Shown: piece after piece, positions 1 through 8,907 of the stretch
How positions within the stretch are numbered: the first letter of the stretch is position 1
Layout: each line of letters starts with the position of its first letter
DNA from: Vulcanimicrobiota bacterium
GTDB taxonomy: Bacteria > Vulcanimicrobiota > Xenobia > Xenobiales > JADMJV01
Direction: 5' to 3'
NCBI GenBank assembly: GCA_050250895.1
Contig: JBFWNU010000001.1
Location: forward strand, 455,998 to 519,997
DNA: 64,000 nt
Position numbers and translations under genes: made by a program
Notes under the pieces: generated by a model
What the model was told of the DNA's origin: nothing
Database searches by the model: none
Seen by the model: the letters and a program-made list of their open reading frames with translations, nothing else

Positions 1-1
1 C

Positions 2-430
2 GTGGTGGGCCGCTCCGGAGCCGGCAAGACGACGCTCATCGAGGCCGTTCTCCCCCTGATATCGGGGCGAGTGGCCACCGTCAAGCACACCCACCACCGC
101 CTCGACCCCGACCGGCCGGGCAGCGACAGCCATCGCCACCGCCAGGCCGGGGCCATCAAGACAGCTCTCACCGGTCCGGGATTCTGCGGCCTCTGGTTGC
201 CCGACCAACTCGACCCGCTGCAACTCGTCGAGCTGCTCAGCCCCGGCGTGGACCTCATTCTGGTCGAAGGTTACAAGACCGGCCCCTTCCCCCTCCTCGA
301 GGTGGTGCGCGATCAGCCCCCGGTGCTGCCAGAATCGCAGGTGTGGCTGACTGCCAGCCTTCACCCCCTGGGCCGGGCCCACGAGCTGCCCCTGGACCGC
401 CCCGACCTGATCGCCGCGGCCTTAGTTTAA
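2..430 (+). CDS. mobB: Molybdopterin-guanine dinucleotide biosynthesis protein B (5'-partial)
   Basis: P-loop GRSGAGKTT, VATVKHTHH, D..G.DS.RH..AGA, DLILVEGYK. Confidence 0.88.
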   Translation: MVGRSGAGKTTLIEAVLPLISGRVATVKHTHHRLDPDRPGSDSHRHRQAGAIKTALTGPGFCGLWLPDQLDPLQLVELLSPGVDLILVEGYKTGPFPLLEVVRDQPPVLPESQVWLTASLHPLGRAHELPLDRPDLIAAALV

Positions 431-1485
431 CGACACCAGGGGGGCGGATTGGCCACCAGCACCATCCAGGTGCCGGGCACCAGATCGGGATAGTCCTGGC
501 GAAACAGAGCCAGGGCGGCCCGCCCCTGGCTGCCAAAGGCCGCTCCCAACTGACGCGCCAATCCCTCGTCGCCGCCCTCATAGGCTACCGCAAAAGGAGC
601 GTGGCGCAACCCGGCCCCGGCTCGCAGGGTCTGGTCGCGGTGGGGGCAGAAGCTGACTTCTTGCGAGGGCGCCTGAGCCCGGCCCACCATCTTCAAACGG
701 GCCCTCACTTCGGCCACGCTATTGGGCCGGTCCACCTTGCGAATGGACATCATCTTGATGATCAATCGCTCGAACTCGACCGGCAGGTCGGGCCGCAGCT
801 TGCGCGGCAACTCGAGACACATGCTGCCCGAGGCTACTAAAGCCGCGTCGGGCGGCGCTTTGCCAACCAGCAGCGCATACAGGGTGGCCCCCAGCGAATA
901 GATGTCGCTGCGCACATCGGTGCCGCCGGCATACTGCTCGATAGGGGCGAACCCGGGCGTGCCGTAGCCGCGCAGGGTGGCCGTGGTCATCTCGCCGGGA
1001 AAGAAAAAGCGAGCGATGCCAAAGTCGATCAAGCGCAACCGGCCGTCGCTCTGAATCATGATGTTATCGGGCTTGAGGTCGCGAAAGAGAACGATCGGTT
1101 GCTGGGCGTGCAAGTATTCGAGCACGTCGCACAACTGGTCGGCCCAGTCGAGCACCAATTCGACCGAGGGCGGAGTGATGGCCGTCTCGGTCTTGCGCCG
1201 CAGGTCGACACCGTCGACGTAGTCGGTGACCAGATAGGGCACACCCTTCTCTTGGAAGCAATCGCGCACGGCCACCAGCCCGGGATGATCCAGCTGCTTG
1301 AGCAGGTTGGCCTCGCGCTTGAGCTGCTCGCGCCCGGTGCGGGCCTGCTCGCTGCTGAGCCCGTCAAGCTGGACTTCCTTGAGGGCCACCGGCTGCCCGG
1401 TCTGCTCGTCGATGGCCTGGTAAACGATCGCCATGCCGCCCTGGCCGAGGCGGCGCTCCACCCGATACCGCTTCTTCACGCGCAT
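427..1485 (-). CDS. Hanks-type Ser/Thr protein kinase with short C-terminal domain
   Basis: LGQGGMAIVY, VALKE, FRDLKPDN, DFG, GTPGFAPIEQ, SDIYSLG. Confidence 0.95.
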   Translation of the reverse strand: MRVKKRYRVERRLGQGGMAIVYQAIDEQTGQPVALKEVQLDGLSSEQARTGREQLKREANLLKQLDHPGLVAVRDCFQEKGVPYLVTDYVDGVDLRRKTETAITPPSVELVLDWADQLCDVLEYLHAQQPIVLFRDLKPDNIMIQSDGRLRLIDFGIARFFFPGEMTTATLRGYGTPGFAPIEQYAGGTDVRSDIYSLGATLYALLVGKAPPDAALVASGSMCLELPRKLRPDLPVEFERLIIKMMSIRKVDRPNSVAEVRARLKMVGRAQAPSQEVSFCPHRDQTLRAGAGLRHAPFAVAYEGGDEGLARQLGAAFGSQGRAALALFRQDYPDLVPGTWMVLVANPPPWCR

Positions 1486-1660
1486 ATTTCCAGGGGTCGC
1501 TAAGCGGGCGGGTTTTATTCCTCGATGGCCTGGCGCAGAGCCGCCAGCCGGCCAGAGCCACGCAATAACCGTGCCGGTCGGGCTTGAGCGCAGTTAGCCT
1601 GCTGGTACGCGGTCGTCAGCACCCTGAGCCCGCGACTGCATGTGGTTCAAAGCCTCCAGG

Positions 1661-2467
1661 TCAGTGCCCCACCAGGCGTTGAACCCAGGCGGTCACGTCC
1701 AACACGTAGGGATAACGAACTCTTGGGTCCACCTGAAAAAGGCCATCGTCGGCCATGTGGCCCATCACCACCCATTGCTCGCCTGGCATGGCGTCGCTCC
1801 AGTCGGTTTGAAGGGTCGAACTCTGCTGACGGTTGCCGCGCAGAGTTTGCAGAACCATCAGACGGCCATTGGCCATGACGTTGACGTGGAGAATCTCGTC
1901 ACCGCTGCCGGTGATCAGGTCGGCGTCGCCCTCTCGCACGCCAGGCGGCAATTGGTCGGCCCCCAGCATGTCGACGTACTCGGTGAATTTCTCTTCGCTA
2001 AAGAGGTCACGATAGGTGCCGTCGACTTCGTAGTGCCCCTCATCGTTGCGCCTGAGCAACACCAGCCAATTCGAGCCCACGGCCGGAGCCGCCAGGGTTT
2101 CTTGCATAAAGTCGTCAAAAGCCTGGCGGCCGCCGCTCTGGCGGAGCTGCTCTCCGCGCAAGAGGTCGTAATTCCAGACCACGTCATCGAGCACAGCGCC
2201 GGCGCCGGGTTTGTCTCCACCCACGGTGAACTGGCCTCCGTAGGGTTGGCCGGCGAAGAGTTTGGCGATGCGGGTGACTTTCAGGCTGACGCGGGGTGGC
2301 CTCTCGTTGGTGCCGGGCTGTGCCTGGGCGCCGACGACCTCCACCGCCAGGACCTCACGATCAGTGTTGTTGATCAACCATTGAGCCGAAGTAGTATCCT
2401 GTGCGAATCCTTCTCTGGCTACGAGAAGGAGCAAAAGTGTGAGGCCGAAGGCCTTGATGTGTTTCAT
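1661..2467 (-). CDS. Secreted hypothetical protein
   Basis: Start moved to MKHIKAFGLTLLLLLVAREGFA-QD (signal-peptide-like). Confidence 0.7.
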   Translation of the reverse strand: MKHIKAFGLTLLLLLVAREGFAQDTTSAQWLINNTDREVLAVEVVGAQAQPGTNERPPRVSLKVTRIAKLFAGQPYGGQFTVGGDKPGAGAVLDDVVWNYDLLRGEQLRQSGGRQAFDDFMQETLAAPAVGSNWLVLLRRNDEGHYEVDGTYRDLFSEEKFTEYVDMLGADQLPPGVREGDADLITGSGDEILHVNVMANGRLMVLQTLRGNRQQSSTLQTDWSDAMPGEQWVVMGHMADDGLFQVDPRVRYPYVLDVTAWVQRLVGH

Positions 2468-2741
2468 CGATGGTGATTGTCCGCGGCAGTTCAACACTCC
2501 TGGGTCGACCAAACCAGCGGCCAACGGTTGGTGACCCAACGAGGGGGCCCATGGGGCGGCGAGTGGGTCTATCTGCAGCGCATCGCCGCCCGCGGCGCCG
2601 ACGACCCCCCCGACGACAGCTGGTCTAGCGGGCGCTCACGTTATTAGAGGCGCCTCCGACCCGGTGAGGGGACTCACTGCTTAAGGTCGCCCTCACTGAT
2701 CAGCTCCAGGAACAGACGAAGGGCAATGGGAACATGGAAGA

Positions 2742-2971
2742 ATGGCACTAGAAGCACGAGTCAAGCGCCTGGAGCGGGATTTAGAGCACCTGCTGCTGGT
2801 CATGGCCACCCAGCGCGAGAGCAAGTGCAGACAGCTCTGCTAGAGCAAGAAATCACGTTGCGCTCTCACCTGACGGGCGTGCACGGCACGTTGGCCGAAG
2901 TGGCCAGTCAGGTCGATACTCACGAGCGACGACTGCGCGAGCTCGAACGCAACCAACCGCCGGCAGCCTGA
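2742..2971 (+). pseudogene. Small coiled-coil protein apparently split by a frameshift at ~2817-2821 (GAGAG)
   Basis: Frame A: MALEARVKRLERDLEHLLLVMATQRE; frame B continues EQVQTALLEQEITLRSHL...ERRLRELERNQPPAA; both are heptad-like. Confidence 0.5.
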
Positions 2972-2980
2972 AAACGACGT

Positions 2981-4294
2981 TTAGCCCAGTCGGGCCGAGG
3001 CCTTCTCTAGCTGCACGGCGACCGAGGCCGGTCCGGCGGCCCCGGGGTGGGCGCGGTCGGTGAGCACACTGCGAGCGTCGAGCTTGGCCAGGATGGGGTC
3101 AACCAGCGCCTGCTCCTCGGCATCGAGGCGACCGGCCACGCTCTTACCGGCCAGTTCGTGAGCTTTGGCGAAAGGGTGACCGGCTCGCACCAGCCCGTCG
3201 GCAAGGTCCGTGGCCAACAGGCCGGGGTCGGCGCAGGCAGCGGCCATGCCGGCCGGAACAAAAGTCAGGCTGCCCACCGTGCCGGCCATCACCTCAAGAC
3301 AGGCGTCGAGGGTGTCGGCGGCCTCAAAGACCGGAGGCTTGTCTTCTTGCAGGTCGCGATTATAGGCTAGCGGCAGGGCCTTGAGGGTCGCCAGCAGGCT
3401 CATCAGATGGCCAATCAGGCGACCCGAGCGGCCCCGCACCAGCTCGGCCGGATCGGGATTTTTCTTCTGGGGCATCAGGCTGGAACCGGTGGCCCAGGCG
3501 TCATCGAGGGCGGCAAAGCCAAACTCGGGAGTGGTCCACAGCACCAGCTCTTCAGCCAGCCGGGAAAGGTGCACTCCGCAGAGGGCCGCGGCGGCCAGGT
3601 ATTCGACCGCAAAGTCACGGTCAGACACCGCATCGAGCGAATTGTCGAAGTGGCGCGAAAAGCCCAGCAGCTCGGCTGTGCGCTCGGGGCGAATCGGCCA
3701 CGAGCTGCCGGCCAGGGCGCCCGCCCCCAGGGCACAGCAGTCGGCTTCGTGATAAACCCGCTCGAGGCGGCCATGGTCGCGTTCGAGTGACCAGAAGTGG
3801 GCCAGCAGATGATGGGCCAGTAGCACCGGCTGAGCCCGCTGCAGGTGGGTGTAGCCGGGCAAATAGGTGTTGGGATGGGCCCGGGCTTGCTCGAGCAAAG
3901 CGGTCTGCAGCAAGCGCACCATCGACTGGCTGCGGCGCACCTGGTCTTTGGTCCAGAGGCGAAAGTCGGTCACCACCAGATCGTTGCGGCTGCGGCCGAC
4001 GCGAATGCTCGAAGCCAGGGGTCCCACCCGGGCCGCCAGCTCGGCCTCGACCCAGGAGTGAATATCCTCGTGGTCTCCGCCGGGTTGGGGGTCAGCCAGC
4101 ATCGCCTCGAGCGCCCGCGTCAGCGTGGCGCTGTCCGCTGCGGAGATGACTCCCACTTCAGTCAGCATCGTGACATGAGCCAGACAGGCCCGCAGGTCAT
4201 AAGTCACCAACCGGCTGTCGCTGGCCAGCGAACGTCCGAATTTCTCCATGACGGGATGGGTCCCGCCTTCAAATCTTCCACCCCAGAGCTTCAT
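2981..4294 (-). CDS. argH: Argininosuccinate lyase
   Basis: KLWGGRF, GRSRND, PGYTHLQRAQP, GSSLMPQKKNPD, AYNRDLQEDK. Confidence 0.98.
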   Translation of the reverse strand: MKLWGGRFEGGTHPVMEKFGRSLASDSRLVTYDLRACLAHVTMLTEVGVISAADSATLTRALEAMLADPQPGGDHEDIHSWVEAELAARVGPLASSIRVGRSRNDLVVTDFRLWTKDQVRRSQSMVRLLQTALLEQARAHPNTYLPGYTHLQRAQPVLLAHHLLAHFWSLERDHGRLERVYHEADCCALGAGALAGSSWPIRPERTAELLGFSRHFDNSLDAVSDRDFAVEYLAAAALCGVHLSRLAEELVLWTTPEFGFAALDDAWATGSSLMPQKKNPDPAELVRGRSGRLIGHLMSLLATLKALPLAYNRDLQEDKPPVFEAADTLDACLEVMAGTVGSLTFVPAGMAAACADPGLLATDLADGLVRAGHPFAKAHELAGKSVAGRLDAEEQALVDPILAKLDARSVLTDRAHPGAAGPASVAVQLEKASARLG

Positions 4295-4369
4295 AGGCCC
4301 CGGCTTTTCGGGCTTGCCGAGAGCGGTCCTCCAGGAAGGATGGCGGCCACCGATGTGTAACCGAGAAGG

Positions 4370-4840
4370 ATGCGCAAACCCGCTGCTATTGCTCTTTTAA
4401 GCCTGCTCGTGTGTCTGGTCTCATGCGTGAGTCCCGAATCAGCCCGCATCCGCAAGTATTTTACGGCCATCGTCCCCTTCGAAGAGCAACTGCAGGCTCT
4501 TCAGACCCAGTTCAAGCAAGTCCAAGGCCTGCCGGTAGAGGCCCGCAAAGAAGCCTATCAGCACCTGGTGGAAACGATCCGCGGCCAAGTCGCCAGCCTG
4601 CGCGGGGTCGAGACGCCGCCCGAAGCGGCTCGCTATCAAGAGTTGCTGGTTCAGCTTCACGAGCATTTTGCCAGCTTTGCCGAAAAAGCCTCGGCCACCA
4701 TCGGGGTGATCGATCCTGAAGAGGTCAAGAAAATTACCGGTGAGCGCGACGCCATCCAGAAACAGTATGCCGACACTCTGACCCAACTCCAGGCCGAGCA
4801 AAAGCGCCTGAGCGAGACCTATAAAGTCAAATTCGACTAG
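4370..4840 (+). CDS. Helical lipoprotein
   Basis: Signal peptide with lipobox-like LVSC; amphipathic helices. Confidence 0.75.
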   Translation: MRKPAAIALLSLLVCLVSCVSPESARIRKYFTAIVPFEEQLQALQTQFKQVQGLPVEARKEAYQHLVETIRGQVASLRGVETPPEAARYQELLVQLHEHFASFAEKASATIGVIDPEEVKKITGERDAIQKQYADTLTQLQAEQKRLSETYKVKFD

Positions 4841-4843
4841 CGG

Positions 4844-5581
4844 TCAGCTACAAGTCCCGCCCCCGCTACAGTCGCAACCGGCGCACGGGGCCGCGATGAC
4901 GGTGCCATCGCACTCGCAGCAAATATAGTTGTTGAACGGCGAGACGATGGCGCAGCAACGGGCGCAGGCACAGTCCATCTGACTGCGTCCGCCGCACAGC
5001 GTCGAAGGCACAATCGTACACTGGGCGGCCACCCCCGACCCGACCAGGGCGTCGTCGAGACAACTCGTGCCGGTGCTGCTGTTGGCGAACACGGCACAAT
5101 TGAAGGCGCCGCTGCAACTGCCCGTGCCCAGGGTGCAAGGGCAACATGTGTTCGGCCGGGCCCCACCGAACTGAGTTCCACAGCCTGTGTCGCCGCTGGT
5201 GATACAAGTGGGGCAGCCCGAGGCGGCGGCCGCCGCCGTGGGCAATGCGCTTGACGTGATCAAAGGAAGCATCACGGCGACCTTGCCCCAGGTCGCCAGA
5301 AACTCTTTGCGGGTCACCGCCGAGCAGCCTTCGGCAAGAAGCCCGGCCTCGTACATTTGATTCACCGCGATTTCGATCAGGGAACGTGCTGCTTTGGGCG
5401 GCAGGGGCTGGAGGGTCTCGATGAGCGACGCGACCGAAGTATTGCCGTCGCAGTGCTCGAAGACCGAGGCCGAGACTCTGTTGAGCAAAAGCACGCGGGA
5501 GTTGGCCTGGTTGTAGACCAACCGCTCGTCGCCGACCTCCACGGTCATCACGCCCTCAAGTCGCTCTGGAAGAACGTTCAT
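4844..5581 (-). CDS. PqqD/RRE-domain protein fused to Tat-like leader and 22-Cys core (putative RiPP precursor)
   Basis: PqqD pattern (EVGDERLVYN...LLNRVSASVFEHCDG...MYEAGLL), then TRKEFL-h-region-AAAAS, then ~124 aa with 22 Cys. Confidence 0.8.
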   Translation of the reverse strand: MNVLPERLEGVMTVEVGDERLVYNQANSRVLLLNRVSASVFEHCDGNTSVASLIETLQPLPPKAARSLIEIAVNQMYEAGLLAEGCSAVTRKEFLATWGKVAVMLPLITSSALPTAAAAASGCPTCITSGDTGCGTQFGGARPNTCCPCTLGTGSCSGAFNCAVFANSSTGTSCLDDALVGSGVAAQCTIVPSTLCGGRSQMDCACARCCAIVSPFNNYICCECDGTVIAAPCAGCDCSGGGTCS

Positions 5582-5787
5582 GCTACCCACCCCCAATGCA
5601 TGTTGTCAGAAATAAGCCTTCGGTCTCAGCCAGAGTCGACCTTCCTGATGGCCGAGGTGAACCGACCAGAGTCGTCCCTCGTAGCTCAACTGAGGCCGCC
5701 CCCGGGAATTGAATTGAGGTCAACCCAGGACTCGTAACCTCAAGGTGGAACACAAGAAATCAACAATTTCTAAGTGGGGGGGGCAAT

Positions 5788-8700
5788 TTGCTCAACCGTT
5801 TTCTAGCAGCAATCTTCATTCTACTATCCGTTTCTCTGTTAGGCTGCCAGAGTGTGTCTCCGGATGATCTGCAAGGCAAGAACCGTCCCAGCAGCACATA
5901 CGGCCGCGATAGCGTCGTCGTGCAGGCCCAAAGCGCGAGTGGAACGCTGAAGCTAGCGGTGGGGGCGGGGCCCCACCAACCGGGACACAAGGCCCCGGCC
6001 CTGCCATCAGCCGTGCGCGCGCGCAACTATCTGCCATCCGACGAGCAAGTCCGAGCCCGCGGCAGCGGTGGGTTTCTTGAACGTAGGGGAGTCCGCCGCG
6101 ATATGGAAACCGGCCACCCCGCCACGAACCCTGTCATCGGAGAGACGCCGCTCCTTGACTTCATCAGTCCAGCTCAAGTGGGCGTGGCGAAAGACTGGAT
6201 GCTGCTCAACGACCGTTACCTGGTCTATAAGGGCGCCATGGAAACAGACGGTCCCCCGCACGACGGAGATCAAACGACGGTCCGTTGGTCGAACGGCCAG
6301 GGGATCAATCTGGAAATGGTGATACGCTACACTGAGACTAATGGCAACGCGCGAGTCAGCGTCGATGTGAGTGGTGATGGCGTCGAACCCTACACTAGCG
6401 GGGCCTACTTTGGACCGCCTCTGCTAAGTGTTCAGTTTGAACTCATTCTCTTCATCGATGATGTCGGCTTGCGCTACCTGCCCCGGCCGCTGCTGGAGGA
6501 GCAGTATCTGAGAACGTGGACCTTCGAGACCGAACTGGCCGATGGACAGAGACAGTCTGGCCAATTCGACATGAGGGGCTATTTTCTCGACGACGTCACT
6601 TCCACCAACGTTGGCGGACAAACGGTGGTGGAGGGTGATATCGTAGCCCTGCCTGAAGCCAGCGACCTCTATCCAAGCGGATGGTATCCCCTCAACTATC
6701 CGACAGCAGACCCCACTCGCTACGATGTCGAGAGCGAGTGGCGTGTCGATAGGGCTGACTACGTCAATGCCGGCTCCCTCGGATTTGCAGAGGGGGTCAT
6801 CACTCATCCCTGGGGTCAGAGCGGCCAGATCGGTCACTTCAGTGCCACCTTTCCGGGGGGCGGTGCTTACCGGTATCGTATTCAGGCCCGAACTTTGCCG
6901 GACGGAACCGGTGACCTCTACGTGAGCGGGTCGGCGGGGGTCGATACCGTCACCGTCTTCGACGAAGAGGTCTATCCCGACCCATTCTACCCCGCAGAGC
7001 TTCCTCGCGATCCTGAGGGAGACCCCGAGGACCCTCCTGAATACGAGACGGTGACTTACAGCGCCACCCTCGCACTTCCCGACGACACCATGAACGCCGA
7101 ATGGACCGTGGATGTGGTGGGCGAAGACGGCCAGGTCCTGCGGACCGCTGTGGCGAGCGGCGAGGGAGTTGGAGTCTATGCCGAGTGGGACGGGCTCGAC
7201 GATGCTGGAGAACTGGTGACCACAGCGCAAAACGCTAGCTTTGTCACCCGCGCTCAGGTCTGCGGCGCGACTGGCCCTGACCGGCCTGTTGCCTTGCAAC
7301 GCGGCGCCGAGACGATCATGGCGCAGACGAACGGGAGCTGCACGCAGCTTCCTTTGCTCTCTACCTTCTTTGGTCTGGGACAGGACCTGACACGAGCGCC
7401 TGTGATCGTGCAGAAGATTCGCTTTGGCGGGAATGCCCAGCTCACGAAGTCTGACAACGTAGGGCCGTTTCCTGTCTATGACTACGTCAACGACATTCTT
7501 CGGGGCAGCCTGGAAGTCCCCGGGGAGGCCCACTGGGAACTCGGTGGTCTACCCGAGATGATTCCCGCTCTGTTCGTCGGAGGACAGACAGCCTGGCTCG
7601 GAGCCGAGCTGGCCGTGGAGGACACCCCAGAGGACTGGGAGACCCTCGAGGTCCAAGTAGAAATGAATGTCAACGACGGACCCCAGAATGAATCGCTAGG
7701 CAGCCAGACATTAATCCGCGACGAATGGGAAAATCGCGAGAACTTCCATTCAGGAAAGCTCGCCTACTCCTTCCTTCTTCCGCCCGTCGTGGGACGCCAT
7801 CGTGTGAAGCTCTACTGGACCTTCTGGTTTCGGAATAGCAGCGGCGAGGTTGTGGCGGAGTCTCAGAGCGTCACCCCTTCGGCCGAGGTGCCGGAGGATC
7901 CGGCTCACCTGGTATACACGGGATTGGCGCCGCCTTTACAGTTCAACCAGACGGGAAACACCTACCGAGGAGAGCTCGTCAATCCGATGTTTGGATACCC
8001 CTACTATCATCCCACCTCCTTTCAGTTCGATAGCGACGCGGCGCTCACGAGTCAGCGCAGCCCGCTTGATATGGCTTGCCGCTGGGCACAAGGGATGGAT
8101 TCCCGGCCTGCTCTGCTCGCCGAGCTCGCACGAGGTCTGCATGAGGAGAGCGGTTACCAATACGACTACTTTAGAAAAAGCGCCGCCTTTGTCGATAACA
8201 GTTACCCCCGAGGCTACCACCTTGCTGCTCAGCGAGACTACCGTCTCGAAGCCCATTTGGTCTCACAGACCTGCGATTGCGCCTCCTTTGCCAATTTGGG
8301 TCGTGTGCTTGCGGCCACTCTGGGGGTCCAAGTCAAAACCATCGCGATTATAGCAAACACCGACGCAGGCGAAGGGATCTACACTAACTATGCGGACGCC
8401 GCCGGAAGTCTCTTACCAGCGTTCATCCTTCTTCCCCGCACACTCGTCCCGAGTCCGGTCAAGGATCGGTATATGCTGGACAGCACGACGGATGGAAAGG
8501 ATGTCCTTCACGAGTGGACTCAAATCCCGTGGCAGTTCCACGAATGGATCCTGGACCCGCAGGATAGCAGAATCTATGACTCTGTCGTCAAGTTAAAGCC
8601 AACACCCACCGAAATGACCGCCGCACTTCTCAATCAGTACAACGTCTCCAACGTCCAAGCCTTCCAGGCCTTTTTGGAGGCCAAGGGTCTCGCGCCGGAC

Positions 8701-8907
8701 AGATTCAGCGGATCCATCGGCGCCGACTACCTCCATATGTTTGGGGGCAGTGACGCCGGACTATCCGCCGGAGTTCCCGAGAGAGACTACCTTTCGAGAT
8801 TGCTAATTCTGGACGCCAACGTCCCCGACTTCCCGGTTTTAGATGTCACGGGGTTCGCCTCGCGATTTCGTCGTGTCCAGAAGGATAGATTGGTGATTAT
8901 CCAATGA
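5788..8907 (+). CDS. Large lipoprotein with FlgD-like Ig segment and C-terminal transglutaminase-like domain
   Basis: Lipobox LLGC; EWDGLDDAGELV; putative triad DCASFANL / WQFHEW / IYDS. Confidence 0.65.
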   Translation: MLNRFLAAIFILLSVSLLGCQSVSPDDLQGKNRPSSTYGRDSVVVQAQSASGTLKLAVGAGPHQPGHKAPALPSAVRARNYLPSDEQVRARGSGGFLERRGVRRDMETGHPATNPVIGETPLLDFISPAQVGVAKDWMLLNDRYLVYKGAMETDGPPHDGDQTTVRWSNGQGINLEMVIRYTETNGNARVSVDVSGDGVEPYTSGAYFGPPLLSVQFELILFIDDVGLRYLPRPLLEEQYLRTWTFETELADGQRQSGQFDMRGYFLDDVTSTNVGGQTVVEGDIVALPEASDLYPSGWYPLNYPTADPTRYDVESEWRVDRADYVNAGSLGFAEGVITHPWGQSGQIGHFSATFPGGGAYRYRIQARTLPDGTGDLYVSGSAGVDTVTVFDEEVYPDPFYPAELPRDPEGDPEDPPEYETVTYSATLALPDDTMNAEWTVDVVGEDGQVLRTAVASGEGVGVYAEWDGLDDAGELVTTAQNASFVTRAQVCGATGPDRPVALQRGAETIMAQTNGSCTQLPLLSTFFGLGQDLTRAPVIVQKIRFGGNAQLTKSDNVGPFPVYDYVNDILRGSLEVPGEAHWELGGLPEMIPALFVGGQTAWLGAELAVEDTPEDWETLEVQVEMNVNDGPQNESLGSQTLIRDEWENRENFHSGKLAYSFLLPPVVGRHRVKLYWTFWFRNSSGEVVAESQSVTPSAEVPEDPAHLVYTGLAPPLQFNQTGNTYRGELVNPMFGYPYYHPTSFQFDSDAALTSQRSPLDMACRWAQGMDSRPALLAELARGLHEESGYQYDYFRKSAAFVDNSYPRGYHLAAQRDYRLEAHLVSQTCDCASFANLGRVLAATLGVQVKTIAIIANTDAGEGIYTNYADAAGSLLPAFILLPRTLVPSPVKDRYMLDSTTDGKDVLHEWTQIPWQFHEWILDPQDSRIYDSVVKLKPTPTEMTAALLNQYNVSNVQAFQAFLEAKGLAPDRFSGSIGADYLHMFGGSDAGLSAGVPERDYLSRLLILDANVPDFPVLDVTGFASRFRRVQKDRLVIIQ

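Noticed and set aside
4844-5581. PQQ biosynthesis
   Set aside because: No pqqA/B/C/E in the window; the PqqD-like domains are fused to leader/core tails
5600-5760. Short repeats (CCAGAGTCG twice; TTGAGGT/ACCTCAA) in the divergent intergenic region as an ncRNA
   Set aside because: Too short to support a structure; could be operator sites or chance
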